From positions 439 to 64,438 of the IMG/VR virus record IMGVR_UViG_3300043443_000284: a DNA stretch of 64,000 bases; one strand, given 5' to 3'. The notes under the pieces were generated by a model, which was given only the letters and a program-made list of their open reading frames with translations, made no database searches and was not told where the DNA came from. Below are positions 9,829-19,703 of the stretch, piece by piece. This stretch comes from a virus (lineage: Duplodnaviria > Caudoviricetes). The position numbers and the translations under genes are program-made. Every line of letters begins with the position of its first letter. The first letter of the stretch is position 1.

Positions 9829-10898
9829 TTAATCAGCCTCCCACCTATTACAGGCCCACCACCAGATGCGCCAGTAGATTGCGTAAAGTCGGTAACATCT
9901 AAACTCATTGCATATCGCACTGTCCCAGATTCAGTCCACGTTGTCAATGAAGAATCAGCTTCAAGGCCAAATGATGGAATATCTGATAGACAGTTGGCAT
10001 CTTGCGCTCTATTAAATGTGAATCGAGCTAAGCTTAAGTTATTTCCACTATGGTTTAAACCAACAGCATACTTAACGCCGGTAGTTAGCGTTTGTGGTGT
10101 GTTAAATGGAAAATAGACTTGTCCGGCATCTTGATTCATCGCATTAAGCCATGAGGTTGCACTACCATCAGCAAATGATCTAGACGTAATAAGGGTAGGC
10201 GGGTATGACGTTGCATTATATAAACGCAACGACAGATTAATAAAACTTGACTCAGCGCTTAATGGTGCTAATACACCTTGCAGTAAACAAGTTCCACCCA
10301 TTGATGTTGGAATAGTAAATGCTGTGCCTGAAAAAGTATTATTTCTATTTGTTAGCGTAGATGCTTGAACAGGATAGCCATAGGATTCAGTTGTTGATGC
10401 AACACCAAATCTAAAAGGCCCCGAATTTTGTGTCCATGTTCTAGCATATGGTTGACCTGACATTAATGTGTAGTCACGTTTACTTTGATCTTGTGTGCTA
10501 ACAAGCGACAATCCACCACTCCATGTCCCATATGTTTCCAAGCCAATTGCAATCGTAGTTCCTCTAGTTATCACTTGTGGTGTTGTGAGATCCCACCATA
10601 TAAATGTAGGCTGCGTAATACCAGCAGTAATGCTTATTGGATTAGGATCTGTGTATATCTTTGCTGTTAGTGGGTTTGCTGGTAAATCTCTACCTCCGGT
10701 ATATTGCCACATTGCAATCCGCACAGGCGGTGTTCCTGTTGAGCTACTAACACACATGCCAAGTTGCGTAATAGTCATAGTTTTTTCTGCTGTAAATACA
10801 TTGACAATGTATTGTCCGGTAGCATTAAAAGTCCATTGAGAATACCCGAACGCAGGTTGATAACCAGTGCTATAGCGACCAAGGAAATCTATTATCAT
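9825..10898 (-). CDS. Tail/receptor-binding beta-rich protein B1
   Basis: Beta-rich; ITRGTTIAI and LTTGVKYAV motifs echo 7604-8707; start set at ATGA overlap 10898 (track 10913). Confidence 0.55.
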   Translation of the reverse strand: MIIDFLGRYSTGYQPAFGYSQWTFNATGQYIVNVFTAEKTMTITQLGMCVSSSTGTPPVRIAMWQYTGGRDLPANPLTAKIYTDPNPISITAGITQPTFIWWDLTTPQVITRGTTIAIGLETYGTWSGGLSLVSTQDQSKRDYTLMSGQPYARTWTQNSGPFRFGVASTTESYGYPVQASTLTNRNNTFSGTAFTIPTSMGGTCLLQGVLAPLSAESSFINLSLRLYNATSYPPTLITSRSFADGSATSWLNAMNQDAGQVYFPFNTPQTLTTGVKYAVGLNHSGNNLSLARFTFNRAQDANCLSDIPSFGLEADSSLTTWTESGTVRYAMSLDVTDFTQSTGASGGGPVIGGRLIN

Positions 10899-11155
10899 GA
10901 CGCTATTACCCAAATATCATCAGGGTCACTAATGGATAACGAGGCTGTTTTGCCGTCTATTCTCTGTTCTGAATAATCTAAGAGCAACAATGTCCTAAGC
11001 AGTAACTTAATTTGAGGCGTGAGTGAGGAGCAATAATCTGCAAATGCTTGTTCATTATCAAAAACAAGCGACTCTGATTCATTCCACCAAATAATCAATC
11101 GACCATCTGGAATCACATCAGCTCGAAATATTTGTGCAGATTCGTGATAAGTCAT
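10895..11155 (-). CDS. Hypothetical protein (possible tail assembly chaperone)
   Basis: ORF overlaps both neighbours by ATGA; function unknown. Confidence 0.5.
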   Translation of the reverse strand: MTYHESAQIFRADVIPDGRLIIWWNESESLVFDNEQAFADYCSSLTPQIKLLLRTLLLLDYSEQRIDGKTASLSISDPDDIWVIAS

Positions 11156-11436
11156 TCACTGACCTTCTTAAGTGTCTTTTCAATTACAGTGTTGAATGCT
11201 TGAACAGTACGTAAACCTAATGTGCCAAGTAAAAAAGAAAGCCCAATCATCTGATGGGGCTGATCCCATCCTAGTTGTTTTGCTACTAATGGGGTTAGGT
11301 AAATTGCGGATGCAGTGCCTGACAGGACTGTAACAATCCCCTGTACAGCCGTTTTAATTTTTGGCCAATCAGTACCGATGATTGCACCTATAAATCCAGC
11401 TAATAGTTGATTCCAGTCTAACTGCAGTTTATCCAT
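11152..11436 (-). CDS. Putative holin
   Basis: 94 aa from MDKLQ, 2-3 hydrophobic segments (LLAGFIGAIIG; GTASAIYLTP; GLSFLLGTLG), basic C-terminus; resembles phage holin families. Confidence 0.65.
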   Translation of the reverse strand: MDKLQLDWNQLLAGFIGAIIGTDWPKIKTAVQGIVTVLSGTASAIYLTPLVAKQLGWDQPHQMIGLSFLLGTLGLRTVQAFNTVIEKTLKKVSE

Positions 11437-11725
11437 CGATGTCCCTCGTTGCTTCGCTGACACGTTTCACCTCCGGTAGTTTAACTGAAAATACTGGTAG
11501 GTTGCTATCTTGTCGCATGAAGAAAGCAATCAACGCAGTAGTCATAGCCGGTATACCAGCCCTGATACCTTCTATGCTACACAACAATAAACTGCGTGTC
11601 ACCATGCCAAATGACGCATTGTCGGGAACGTGCATGGATTTCCAAGCTGAATCAAACTCAGGGGCAGCCGAGGCAGTAAACGCACCTAACGCTAATAGTA
11701 TTAACCTGCCCCATGCGATATTCAC
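11429..11725 (-). CDS. Small membrane protein (holin/antiholin candidate)
   Basis: Hydrophobic N-terminus and second hydrophobic segment; adjacent to holin candidate. Confidence 0.45.
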   Translation of the reverse strand: MNIAWGRLILLALGAFTASAAPEFDSAWKSMHVPDNASFGMVTRSLLLCSIEGIRAGIPAMTTALIAFFMRQDSNLPVFSVKLPEVKRVSEATRDIDG

Positions 11726-12426
11726 TTCTTTTCTCCACCACCCATAACAGGCGGGATACTGAATATTCCATTTGGACCTTTGTAAGATGGGTCAAGTCTC
11801 ATCCACAATTGCATCCGAACTTGGTCGTACCAATCACCCCAAAAAGCACGACCAACAATAGATGGATCATCGTAATTTTTTAATGCTATTTTACGGGCAG
11901 CATATGCTGGCAGTGCTTGCATTAATAGATCATCACTCAGGAATGAAAACGTCCCTGAGCCTTCTGTAATAGCTGTAGGTAATCCAGCTCCACGAGCAAT
12001 GAATGAAATTGCAGTAGATGGAACAGAGTAAAACCCAATGTTGTTGTATCCAGCCTCATACCAATACGTAGGTTCACCTGACGTAATAGTGTAATTTAAA
12101 TCGTAAGAGCGTAACTCATTTTCTCCGCAACGGGTAAGCGGAACAGTAGTACCATTAATATGAATTGTTATTGGAAACGCTAATGCCGATGAACTGAAAT
12201 CATAGGTTCTGCCAGTATGTGATCCGACAGACAATGTCGTTGGTAGATACACACAAGTGCGACATAAATCAAAAGCAGCATCATTTAGATACTGCAAGAT
12301 GCCAGCATTATTTGTTGCTGTTGGTGTTGTGCCATCACCTGCTGGCACTTCAGCTACAACAGAGTCATTTGTTTCGTTTAGTAATCGTAGCGTTTCAACT
12401 TTTAAATCGGTAAAACCTTTAGCCAT
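11722..12426 (-). CDS. Head-tail adaptor / tail tubular protein A-like
   Basis: L.YLNDA..DLCR, GEPTYWY, IGFY.VP, AL.AYAARK pattern of podovirus adaptor family; position after capsid genes. Confidence 0.65.
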   Translation of the reverse strand: MAKGFTDLKVETLRLLNETNDSVVAEVPAGDGTTPTATNNAGILQYLNDAAFDLCRTCVYLPTTLSVGSHTGRTYDFSSSALAFPITIHINGTTVPLTRCGENELRSYDLNYTITSGEPTYWYEAGYNNIGFYSVPSTAISFIARGAGLPTAITEGSGTFSFLSDDLLMQALPAYAARKIALKNYDDPSIVGRAFWGDWYDQVRMQLWMRLDPSYKGPNGIFSIPPVMGGGEKK

Positions 12427-13073
12427 TACTTTGCCCTCCGGCCATAAGTACTAGCATAATTATCCACCATGGATAGTCTGTCTGTGTATTCAGCCTTAAA
12501 TATTTGATACCCGTTCATTTCACCCATTTGCATTGAGCGAGCTTGGAGTACAGCATATACAAGGCAGTCATGTGCAACTTCGGGAAGTGGGCATTCTGTA
12601 GCGTCAGTGTTTGGCAATGGATTGCCAGCTGAGTCGTATTGCCAGATATCTCCGGGTTGTGCGTATCCTTCTATAAGGATTCCGTTTGTAACGGTTGCAG
12701 CTACGGCTGGATACACACTTATATTATTCATTCCACGGAATACTGCTATTTCCGGTCTTGCGTCGGATGGCTTATTCCTCCAACCGTCAATGTATTGATC
12801 TTGATAATCAAACACACGTATAGATTGATAATCACCAAGAATATCTTTCACCTTGATGACTTTAATTTTATATATGTCTGGAGCACAGTAGTCATTTACA
12901 TCTACTGTCAGATCTAAATACCGACGGCCAACCAGACAGTCCGTTTGACGAGCTATCTGATTGGCCTGTTCTAGAATTAGATAGTCTAGGCCAAATGGAT
13001 CACGATCTGCATCAGTGCCAAAGTAATTCCTACCCAGCATTCGCACATTGCGTTTAATTTGACCTAGATTCAT
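12426..13073 (-). CDS. Head-tail adaptor-like protein (paralog of 11722-12426)
   Basis: MNLGQIK..VR, ISVYPA, P..AHDCLVYAV pattern of adaptor family. Confidence 0.65.
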   Translation of the reverse strand: MNLGQIKRNVRMLGRNYFGTDADRDPFGLDYLILEQANQIARQTDCLVGRRYLDLTVDVNDYCAPDIYKIKVIKVKDILGDYQSIRVFDYQDQYIDGWRNKPSDARPEIAVFRGMNNISVYPAVAATVTNGILIEGYAQPGDIWQYDSAGNPLPNTDATECPLPEVAHDCLVYAVLQARSMQMGEMNGYQIFKAEYTDRLSMVDNYASTYGRRAK

Positions 13074-13075
13074 AC

Positions 13076-13621
13076 CTAGATTACTCCCTCACGTCCATTC
13101 TGGATATGCATACGTGTAATGTTGAACACGCCAGTTGCACGAATTGCAGAGAACGTAATGCGTAACCGCAAGAACTTTGCATAAGACTGAAGTGGCAACA
13201 CAAGCATTTCATCTCCAGCTGCTGCAGCTACTGTATGCACAGCACTTGAAAGTAATGTTGCTGCCGATGGCGTAAACGCCAACGTGTCAGATCCATGAAG
13301 TTCAATTGTAACTGTATCAGCAGCAGTTAAGTTGGTGTAGTTACCAGCAAACAGCACATACAGCGGATTAAGGATTTGACCGCGTACGTAATCTGCATTG
13401 GTTACAGATCCATCTGCGTTACCATCCATAACAGCACCAGACACACCGTTCATAACAAGTCCGCCGTAATCTAATACAGCAGATGTAGCACGAGGTGTAC
13501 CAGTCGTAGATGCAAAGGTAAGTTGAACAACTCCATTAACTGAGCCGGGTGCAACTACAGTTAATTGATCTGCTGTACCACCAACTGCTGCAAACGAGAA
13601 AGTAAGTTTAGCGTCTCTCAT
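13076..13621 (-). CDS. Capsid cement/decoration protein (Bbp16-like)
   Basis: MRDAKLTFS start, TIELHGSD, KFLRLRI motifs; directly after major capsid gene. Confidence 0.55.
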   Translation of the reverse strand: MRDAKLTFSFAAVGGTADQLTVVAPGSVNGVVQLTFASTTGTPRATSAVLDYGGLVMNGVSGAVMDGNADGSVTNADYVRGQILNPLYVLFAGNYTNLTAADTVTIELHGSDTLAFTPSAATLLSSAVHTVAAAAGDEMLVLPLQSYAKFLRLRITFSAIRATGVFNITRMHIQNGREGVI

Positions 13622-13633
13622 ATCAAATTCTCC

Positions 13634-14647
13634 TTAGTTGGTTGCTAACCGTAAGCGACCAATAGAACGGGTGTTAGGCATCCAAAGTCCCATACCCCAG
13701 TCGAACAGCACATTGTGCATGATGCCGTTTTCCTTGGACTTGCCCAAATACTCTGGGCGGAATGGACCGGACTGCCAACCCTGAACATAACCAGTTCCAT
13801 AACGAACTGCATAAATGTCAGCAAAGTTACTTGGAGCTGCAATGACAGCAGTTGTTCCATCTAACTTACGTCCAACAGTACGGATCTTTGCACCCTTGTA
13901 GGTTTCAACCGAGCGGTCGAATGCGTCTACATCGGTGTTAAAACCAGTACCAGCACCAAGTGCACGAATAACAAATTCAAAGCGACGCTTTGTATCTTCA
14001 TTCATGTAAAGAACAATGCCACTACCATCAGGAGAGTTCAAGTTGTCAAACAATTCCTGAATAGCAGACATACATCCGTTAGCTTCGAGCGCATTGTACG
14101 AACTTGTTGTGTCAAGTGACGCGGAAGTCGATGCTGGTGCGACAAGACAGTCAGATGGAATATCATAGTCGGCACGATGCTCTAAACGATACTTAAGACC
14201 AGGGAAACAGTCAGGGCTATTACCTGCTGTCGCACTGGTCGGATCGTTATTTATGTATTTATCATTGAAGTCATACGCAAAGCCTTCCATGAAGATCTTT
14301 ACCTGTGCTTCAACAGGATCAATGATGTTGTTCGGCTGATCTAACAGACGAGAGTCAACGGTGATCTTGTTACGAATGAGATACATCTGCTCTTCGTACG
14401 ACTTTGGCTTACCCTTAACGGCATTTGGTTCACCGTTGATAGATGACCATGTTGGCGTCGGGATTGTGCCAGCTTCGTTCGTGTAACGTACGCCGATCTG
14501 ACGTAACGATGGAGAGGTGTAGAAAGGGATGTCCTTGATAGCGTTCCATGTCTGGTGCAAAGACATAGTGATTTCCTTTACAACTGGGTCGTTGGAAAGG
14601 ACAGCTTGGTCTGCGAGTGTAAGTGCACCATTGAAGTCAATAGCCAT
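13634..14647 (-). CDS. Major capsid protein (HK97 fold, BPP-1 Bbp17-like)
   Basis: LTLAD N-terminal motif, IPF, FPGLKYRL, IYAVRYG, DWGMGL; 337 aa, after scaffold. Confidence 0.8.
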   Translation of the reverse strand: MAIDFNGALTLADQAVLSNDPVVKEITMSLHQTWNAIKDIPFYTSPSLRQIGVRYTNEAGTIPTPTWSSINGEPNAVKGKPKSYEEQMYLIRNKITVDSRLLDQPNNIIDPVEAQVKIFMEGFAYDFNDKYINNDPTSATAGNSPDCFPGLKYRLEHRADYDIPSDCLVAPASTSASLDTTSSYNALEANGCMSAIQELFDNLNSPDGSGIVLYMNEDTKRRFEFVIRALGAGTGFNTDVDAFDRSVETYKGAKIRTVGRKLDGTTAVIAAPSNFADIYAVRYGTGYVQGWQSGPFRPEYLGKSKENGIMHNVLFDWGMGLWMPNTRSIGRLRLATN

Positions 14648-14656
14648 TGTTTACTC

Positions 14657-15517
14657 CTACCGAATACCTAGCAATCTAGTGATACTAGACATGCGGTTCT
14701 GTTGATTTGATTGTTGCGGTGGGACTACGGGATTAGCAGAATCACCACTACCAATAGGCGTAGGTGCTGATTGTTGATTTGTAACCATGTCCACTAATTG
14801 CGGTACAAGGGATTCAACAAGACCTGTAACCTGACGATGTACAGCGGATGCAGCATCCATAGGACTCATACCCTGCTGGATTAAACTATCCATTACATCT
14901 ACAGCACGTGACGCATATGGAAATTGCTGCAATGCTGATTCACGCTGTTGTGCCACCATATAGGAGTTCATTTGACCAACTACTTGGTCATATCTAAACT
15001 TCTGTACTTCGGCCTCGGCTTGAACGCGAGCCATGTCTGGATCCATGTAGTTAGTGTTAACTTCTTGCATCCAACGCTCACGGATTTGAGCTTCTTGGTT
15101 TTGCATCTGTTGCTCTTGATATGCCTTTTGCACATCTGCTGCAGATGAAAAACCGCTTTCCTCAAATTGCCGAATAACATCAGCCCACTTTGAGTACGCT
15201 TCTTGCGCACTACGGAGCTGTTTTGCCTCATCGTTTACTTCTTTGAAGCGTTCATATGGTACGTTTCCCGGTTGTTTATCCGGAAGAACGTTATCAAGTA
15301 ATTGCCTTTTAACTCGTTCTTGAATAGAAGTTTGCTCAAGACCACTCGTTACTTGCTCGCTCGGTGTGTTAGATTGCTCTGCGGATTGGTTTAACGTCCC
15401 TGCTCCACTATCGTTAGAACCGGACGATTCTCTAACGAAATCAATCAGCGCACCACCAACATTGCCCGTTGCCGCTGCTGGCGAATCAGCGGTTCGTGTC
15501 ACCATCTCTTCGGACAT
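14657..15517 (-). CDS. Capsid scaffolding protein
   Basis: Acidic/Gln-rich coiled coil with VPYERFKEVN motif, between portal and major capsid. Confidence 0.75.
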   Translation of the reverse strand: MSEEMVTRTADSPAAATGNVGGALIDFVRESSGSNDSGAGTLNQSAEQSNTPSEQVTSGLEQTSIQERVKRQLLDNVLPDKQPGNVPYERFKEVNDEAKQLRSAQEAYSKWADVIRQFEESGFSSAADVQKAYQEQQMQNQEAQIRERWMQEVNTNYMDPDMARVQAEAEVQKFRYDQVVGQMNSYMVAQQRESALQQFPYASRAVDVMDSLIQQGMSPMDAASAVHRQVTGLVESLVPQLVDMVTNQQSAPTPIGSGDSANPVVPPQQSNQQNRMSSITRLLGIR

Positions 15518-15538
15518 TTATACTATACCTCTATCTTT

Positions 15539-17806
15539 TTAAAACATGCCAGATTCAACTGGCGGTTGCGCACCCAATTGTGGCAACATTTGTTGAGCCG
15601 GTTGTCCACCCTGTGGTGGCAACATGCTCATTTCATTACTAGGCATCGCTTGTTCTTTGCCTAATTCTGTAACTGCATAGTCTTCATTCTGCTGAGCTTC
15701 AATGCCAGCCTTGGCAGCTGCAAGTGAAATGTCTGCTTCCAGCTTGGCTTGAATAACTGCCTGTTGTTTCTGGATTTCGATCTGTGCCTTGGCTTGCTCA
15801 ATTTCTGGATTAAACTGCTCTTGCTTAGATTGTGCTTCCATCATGGCTTGCTGTTGTGCCATCTGGGCTTGCTGTTGTTGCATCATCTGCATCTTTTCGG
15901 CTTGCTGATCTAAGTGTTGATAGATACGTGACGCATTAGGTATATTCGCCAATTCAATGAACAACCTATTTGTGTCTGGATCCATTGGGTCACCAAATAC
16001 ACCCATCTGACGTAAGGCTACAAGTTTTTGCAACTTCTGGTCTGGGCTATCATCCATCGATGATCCGGGAATATATACAATGCGATATTGCCCACCAGAA
16101 CGCAGTGCGTCAAAACGCATAACACCTTGCCGTATTTGATCTTGAGGAAGCATCTTGCCTTGAATGTTTCCAACAAATGGAACAATAGCAAACTGCTCTA
16201 TCAGTGATACTTCCCATTCTTTGATGCGAGATGCACTAATCTCGATATCTGCTCGTATAAAACTGTGCTGCGTATTATCAGATCGCTGCAACAATCTTAC
16301 AGATTCAGCTGGCGTTCCTGCACTAGCTTGGCCTTGACTAACATCATGCAATCCAGCTACGTCCATCATGTCCTTCTCAAGCATTTGTAACAGTGGGAAT
16401 AGATCTGATCCGATGCCGGGTGCTCGTTGTATAGCAGGTGGATGACTACCACGCTTGTAATTAATGCGACGATAGATTCTATTCTTGTCATCAATGCTGT
16501 CACTTGTGTTGTCGTATGCATCAGCACCAACGCCACTTAAGTTCTCAACAAGGATGTAATCTTTTTGACTTTCAAATTGCTCAATTAATCGTGAATAAAC
16601 TCGATTGTACGTAAGCTGCAATGAACATAAGTCCCAACCTAGACTGTATCCATATGGAGTTCCACTACGTGGTTGCCATCGTAACGGAATGAACGGGAAC
16701 GTGTCTTTCTTCTTGTATGGCCAAATTCCTGCGTAAAGCAAACATGTGTTTGTGCTTACGATGTATCTACCGTCAGGGTAAATTGCAGTTGGTCGTTCCC
16801 AGTATTCATATACAACAGCTGCTTGCCGTTTAGTATCTTGGTTCGTTAAGTTTGCAGGAGATGGAGGCATCCACCCACGCCCGCTACCATTACTTCCGTC
16901 AATATACGCGTCAACATAACTACTGTTAGTACCAGACTGGCCATCAGCTTTAACTAACTTTCCATCTTCTCCATACTTATCAACAAACCATGACAATGGC
17001 TTGACCGACGCATGAATCATCCAGCGAATATCGGCATCGCGCTTTGCTGTTGGATCAAAATAAACATCAAATGCTGGAAGTATCTGCTCGACTACATCAC
17101 CAACCTTCATGGTTGTGTGTCCAATAATCTCTGTTCCTGATGCATCCATTTGCGGAACAACTTGTTCTTGACTTGCATCCCAGAATACTTTTAAGAATGA
17201 TGTGCCACTAACACATGCCCATCGAACACGTTCCTTAGTTTGTGTTTCTCTATCGAACTTCCTGTTGTAGTGATTAACAATGTAGTTGGCTTCATCGGCA
17301 GCCATTAAATCAACTGGGTTGTTACTAATCGGGACAGCATTGGAATCTGGTGCGCACTGAGTCAACTTACCAACAACGCCATCAATTAATGACCGCATTT
17401 TATTGACAGTCATATAGCGGTTTGGTTCGGACTCGTGCTGCAAACTTTCTAGATTACGAGCTTGGCTGTTTATGCGAAACCATTGACGACCTTCAAAGAA
17501 CGCCGTCGCCATAGCCCATTCAAGTTCCATCTCTTGTCGGGATCTATAAGCAAGATCAAATTGCTGCTTGATGAACGACGTGACTTTCTTAGCTTCTTCT
17601 GGTTGGTCTTTCGGAATGACACGCCAGTCTTTTGTGTTTAGGTCTAAGTTTAAATTTTTTGGATTATCTTTAGCGTCGCTTTTTAATGCAAAACTTCCGG
17701 GTGTTCCGTTGGCTGATGGTTTTTCAAAAGCAGAGACTCGTGGTTGTTGTCCCATTACAGATTTCGTTAATGCACTTCGCATTAAGTTATTAATGTCTAT
17801 AGACAT
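15539..17806 (-). CDS. Portal protein (P22-like with Gln-rich C-terminal barrel)
   Basis: FFEGRQW, TVNKMR..IDG.VG, G..FLKVFWD, PF..L, DVAGLHDVSQG, Q-rich tail; follows terL. Confidence 0.85.
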   Translation of the reverse strand: MSIDINNLMRSALTKSVMGQQPRVSAFEKPSANGTPGSFALKSDAKDNPKNLNLDLNTKDWRVIPKDQPEEAKKVTSFIKQQFDLAYRSRQEMELEWAMATAFFEGRQWFRINSQARNLESLQHESEPNRYMTVNKMRSLIDGVVGKLTQCAPDSNAVPISNNPVDLMAADEANYIVNHYNRKFDRETQTKERVRWACVSGTSFLKVFWDASQEQVVPQMDASGTEIIGHTTMKVGDVVEQILPAFDVYFDPTAKRDADIRWMIHASVKPLSWFVDKYGEDGKLVKADGQSGTNSSYVDAYIDGSNGSGRGWMPPSPANLTNQDTKRQAAVVYEYWERPTAIYPDGRYIVSTNTCLLYAGIWPYKKKDTFPFIPLRWQPRSGTPYGYSLGWDLCSLQLTYNRVYSRLIEQFESQKDYILVENLSGVGADAYDNTSDSIDDKNRIYRRINYKRGSHPPAIQRAPGIGSDLFPLLQMLEKDMMDVAGLHDVSQGQASAGTPAESVRLLQRSDNTQHSFIRADIEISASRIKEWEVSLIEQFAIVPFVGNIQGKMLPQDQIRQGVMRFDALRSGGQYRIVYIPGSSMDDSPDQKLQKLVALRQMGVFGDPMDPDTNRLFIELANIPNASRIYQHLDQQAEKMQMMQQQQAQMAQQQAMMEAQSKQEQFNPEIEQAKAQIEIQKQQAVIQAKLEADISLAAAKAGIEAQQNEDYAVTELGKEQAMPSNEMSMLPPQGGQPAQQMLPQLGAQPPVESGMF

Positions 17807-17808
17807 GA

Positions 17809-17961
17809 TTAGATCCACCTCTCATTTGAAACTATTTTCTGTACGAGTAATCGCTCATCACGTATAGCTCGCAAGTGATTTACGATGCCGTACATAAGTA
17901 ACGTTTGAGCCATCAAGCACAATGTCACAATAACACTACATATAACTAAACAGATAATCAT
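17809..17961 (-). CDS. Small single-pass membrane protein (50 aa)
   Basis: Manual translation MIICLVICSVIVTLCLMAQTLLMYGIVNHLRAIRDERLLVQKIVSNERWI; ATGA overlap with terL stop; below ORF-track cutoff. Confidence 0.55.
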   Translation of the reverse strand: MIICLVICSVIVTLCLMAQTLLMYGIVNHLRAIRDERLLVQKIVSNERWI

Positions 17962-19703
17962 ATCCAGTTATTATTTTCCTTTTTCTTTAACCACTTAGGA
18001 ACGTATCTTTCCGACGTAGGCATTTTATCTTCTAACTCAGGACATTTGATCGGATATTCACGCCACATTACTCCATACCTGAAGCTATCAATTGCGTGAT
18101 CGTTTTTAGTCCCGCTATCAATATCTTCTGGATCACGTGGATGAGCCATAGTTGCTGATAACTGTTTAATTAAATTAGGGCATGAGCCACGAACGATTCT
18201 TAGCTTTGGCGTTGGTGAACCATCAACTATGTCTGTGGCGGAAATCCATTCTTTAACCCGTCTCCAACCAGCTTTTCGGTCTTTAACAGCGCGGACTGCT
18301 GGTAGTCCACGCTCCCACCAGATTTCAACTGGGTATTCACCAATTCGTTCTTCAGCCTTCATTGGTGGGAATGTATTAGCCCAGTCAAATGCAATAGCTT
18401 CTAGTTTAGAATTCCATTGTCCATCTCTGACCTTGATGTTTACAGGAGACGCAAGCTTCTTACTCTCAAGTAGTTCTAAACATCGCTCGGCTTGTTTGCT
18501 GCTAACAAGACCTGATTCATACATTTCACCAATTACATAAACATTTTCTCTATCATCACTTGCATAGATAAGGAAGCATGCTGGAGCACCTGTACCAAAG
18601 TCATGACTAGCCCATACTCTCCACCAAGGCTGAATCTCAATGTGATCAACAACATGCCATGGTTTTCCATCAGAGTTGTATTCACGAAATTCAGGAAAGA
18701 ATAAACCACCTACACCAACCTCATGTTGACACTCTCTTAAAAAAGAAAGTATTCCGTAGGTATCAATTTCATGCTGGCATACTTCTATAGTCTTATGCTG
18801 CCACGTCGGTTTTCCGGCTACTATCTTGTAACCAACACGGCCATCATTACGTTCGTACGTTGTGTACTCAAGACCGTCTACAGCTGGTACTATCGGCGAT
18901 TGAATGCGATCTTGAAGCATATCTAGATCACCATTTAATACTTGTGACATTACAGAGTTAGCATGAATCCGGTTCTGAACAAAGACTACTGCGCAGTCCG
19001 TACTTTTAGCGGGGAGAATAGTCTGAGTGATTGTTCGTATCTTCTTATCTACTGCATTTACGGAGTCATCTAGTTCATCAATGTCGTCAAGAATAATCAT
19101 ATCCGGACGTAAGTGATCAAGTTTTACACCACGAGCACCAGTGTCTAATCCAAATGCTAAGACGTTAAATCCATTTGCAGTTCTTAATTTAGACGCACTC
19201 CACCCACGGCTAAAACCATACTTGTTAACGGCGCGTTCAATACCACATCGCTCCATTGCAGTAGCAATATCTTGCACGTGCCTATCAGCCATGTCTTGTG
19301 TAGCACATACATATACAGCAAAGCGACGAGTTGCCTTTACTGCCAAGCGACTGACAACAAGTTCCATTGTTGTACTTTTTCCACCACCACGAAACCAGCA
19401 TTCAATTAGCGCTGGGCCAAATTTACCCGGACTAATATTTTCTGCCCATTGCCATGCTCGATGATGATGCTCTCCAAGTGTTGATGATGCTGCATGAGGA
19501 GCATACACTTTGAGCCAATCTTCGTAATTTAGTTCATGTCCGGGTAATGCTGTTGCTAAACCACTATCAAAATCACCTAACTCTATGGCAGTATCTATCT
19601 CAGCAGACATTGCTTCAAGCAATGCAACGGCTAATGGCTTAGTTGGCCTAACAAACTTTTTTAAACTACGCGGTGTCAGGCGCGACGATACTTGATTCTT
19701 CAT
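17958..19703 (-). CDS. terL: Terminase large subunit
   Basis: Walker A (FRGGGKSTT), Walker B (IILDDIDE), RNase H-like nuclease (SHDFG...NDHAIDSFRY). Confidence 0.92.
   Translation of the reverse strand: MKNQVSSRLTPRSLKKFVRPTKPLAVALLEAMSAEIDTAIELGDFDSGLATALPGHELNYEDWLKVYAPHAASSTLGEHHHRAWQWAENISPGKFGPALIECWFRGGGKSTTMELVVSRLAVKATRRFAVYVCATQDMADRHVQDIATAMERCGIERAVNKYGFSRGWSASKLRTANGFNVLAFGLDTGARGVKLDHLRPDMIILDDIDELDDSVNAVDKKIRTITQTILPAKSTDCAVVFVQNRIHANSVMSQVLNGDLDMLQDRIQSPIVPAVDGLEYTTYERNDGRVGYKIVAGKPTWQHKTIEVCQHEIDTYGILSFLRECQHEVGVGGLFFPEFREYNSDGKPWHVVDHIEIQPWWRVWASHDFGTGAPACFLIYASDDRENVYVIGEMYESGLVSSKQAERCLELLESKKLASPVNIKVRDGQWNSKLEAIAFDWANTFPPMKAEERIGEYPVEIWWERGLPAVRAVKDRKAGWRRVKEWISATDIVDGSPTPKLRIVRGSCPNLIKQLSATMAHPRDPEDIDSGTKNDHAIDSFRYGVMWREYPIKCPELEDKMPTSERYVPKWLKKKENNNWI

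Noticed and set aside
6672-10898. Diversity-generating retroelement acting on tail genes
   Set aside because: There is no reverse transcriptase and no near-identical template/variable repeat pair; the paralogs are diverged throughout.
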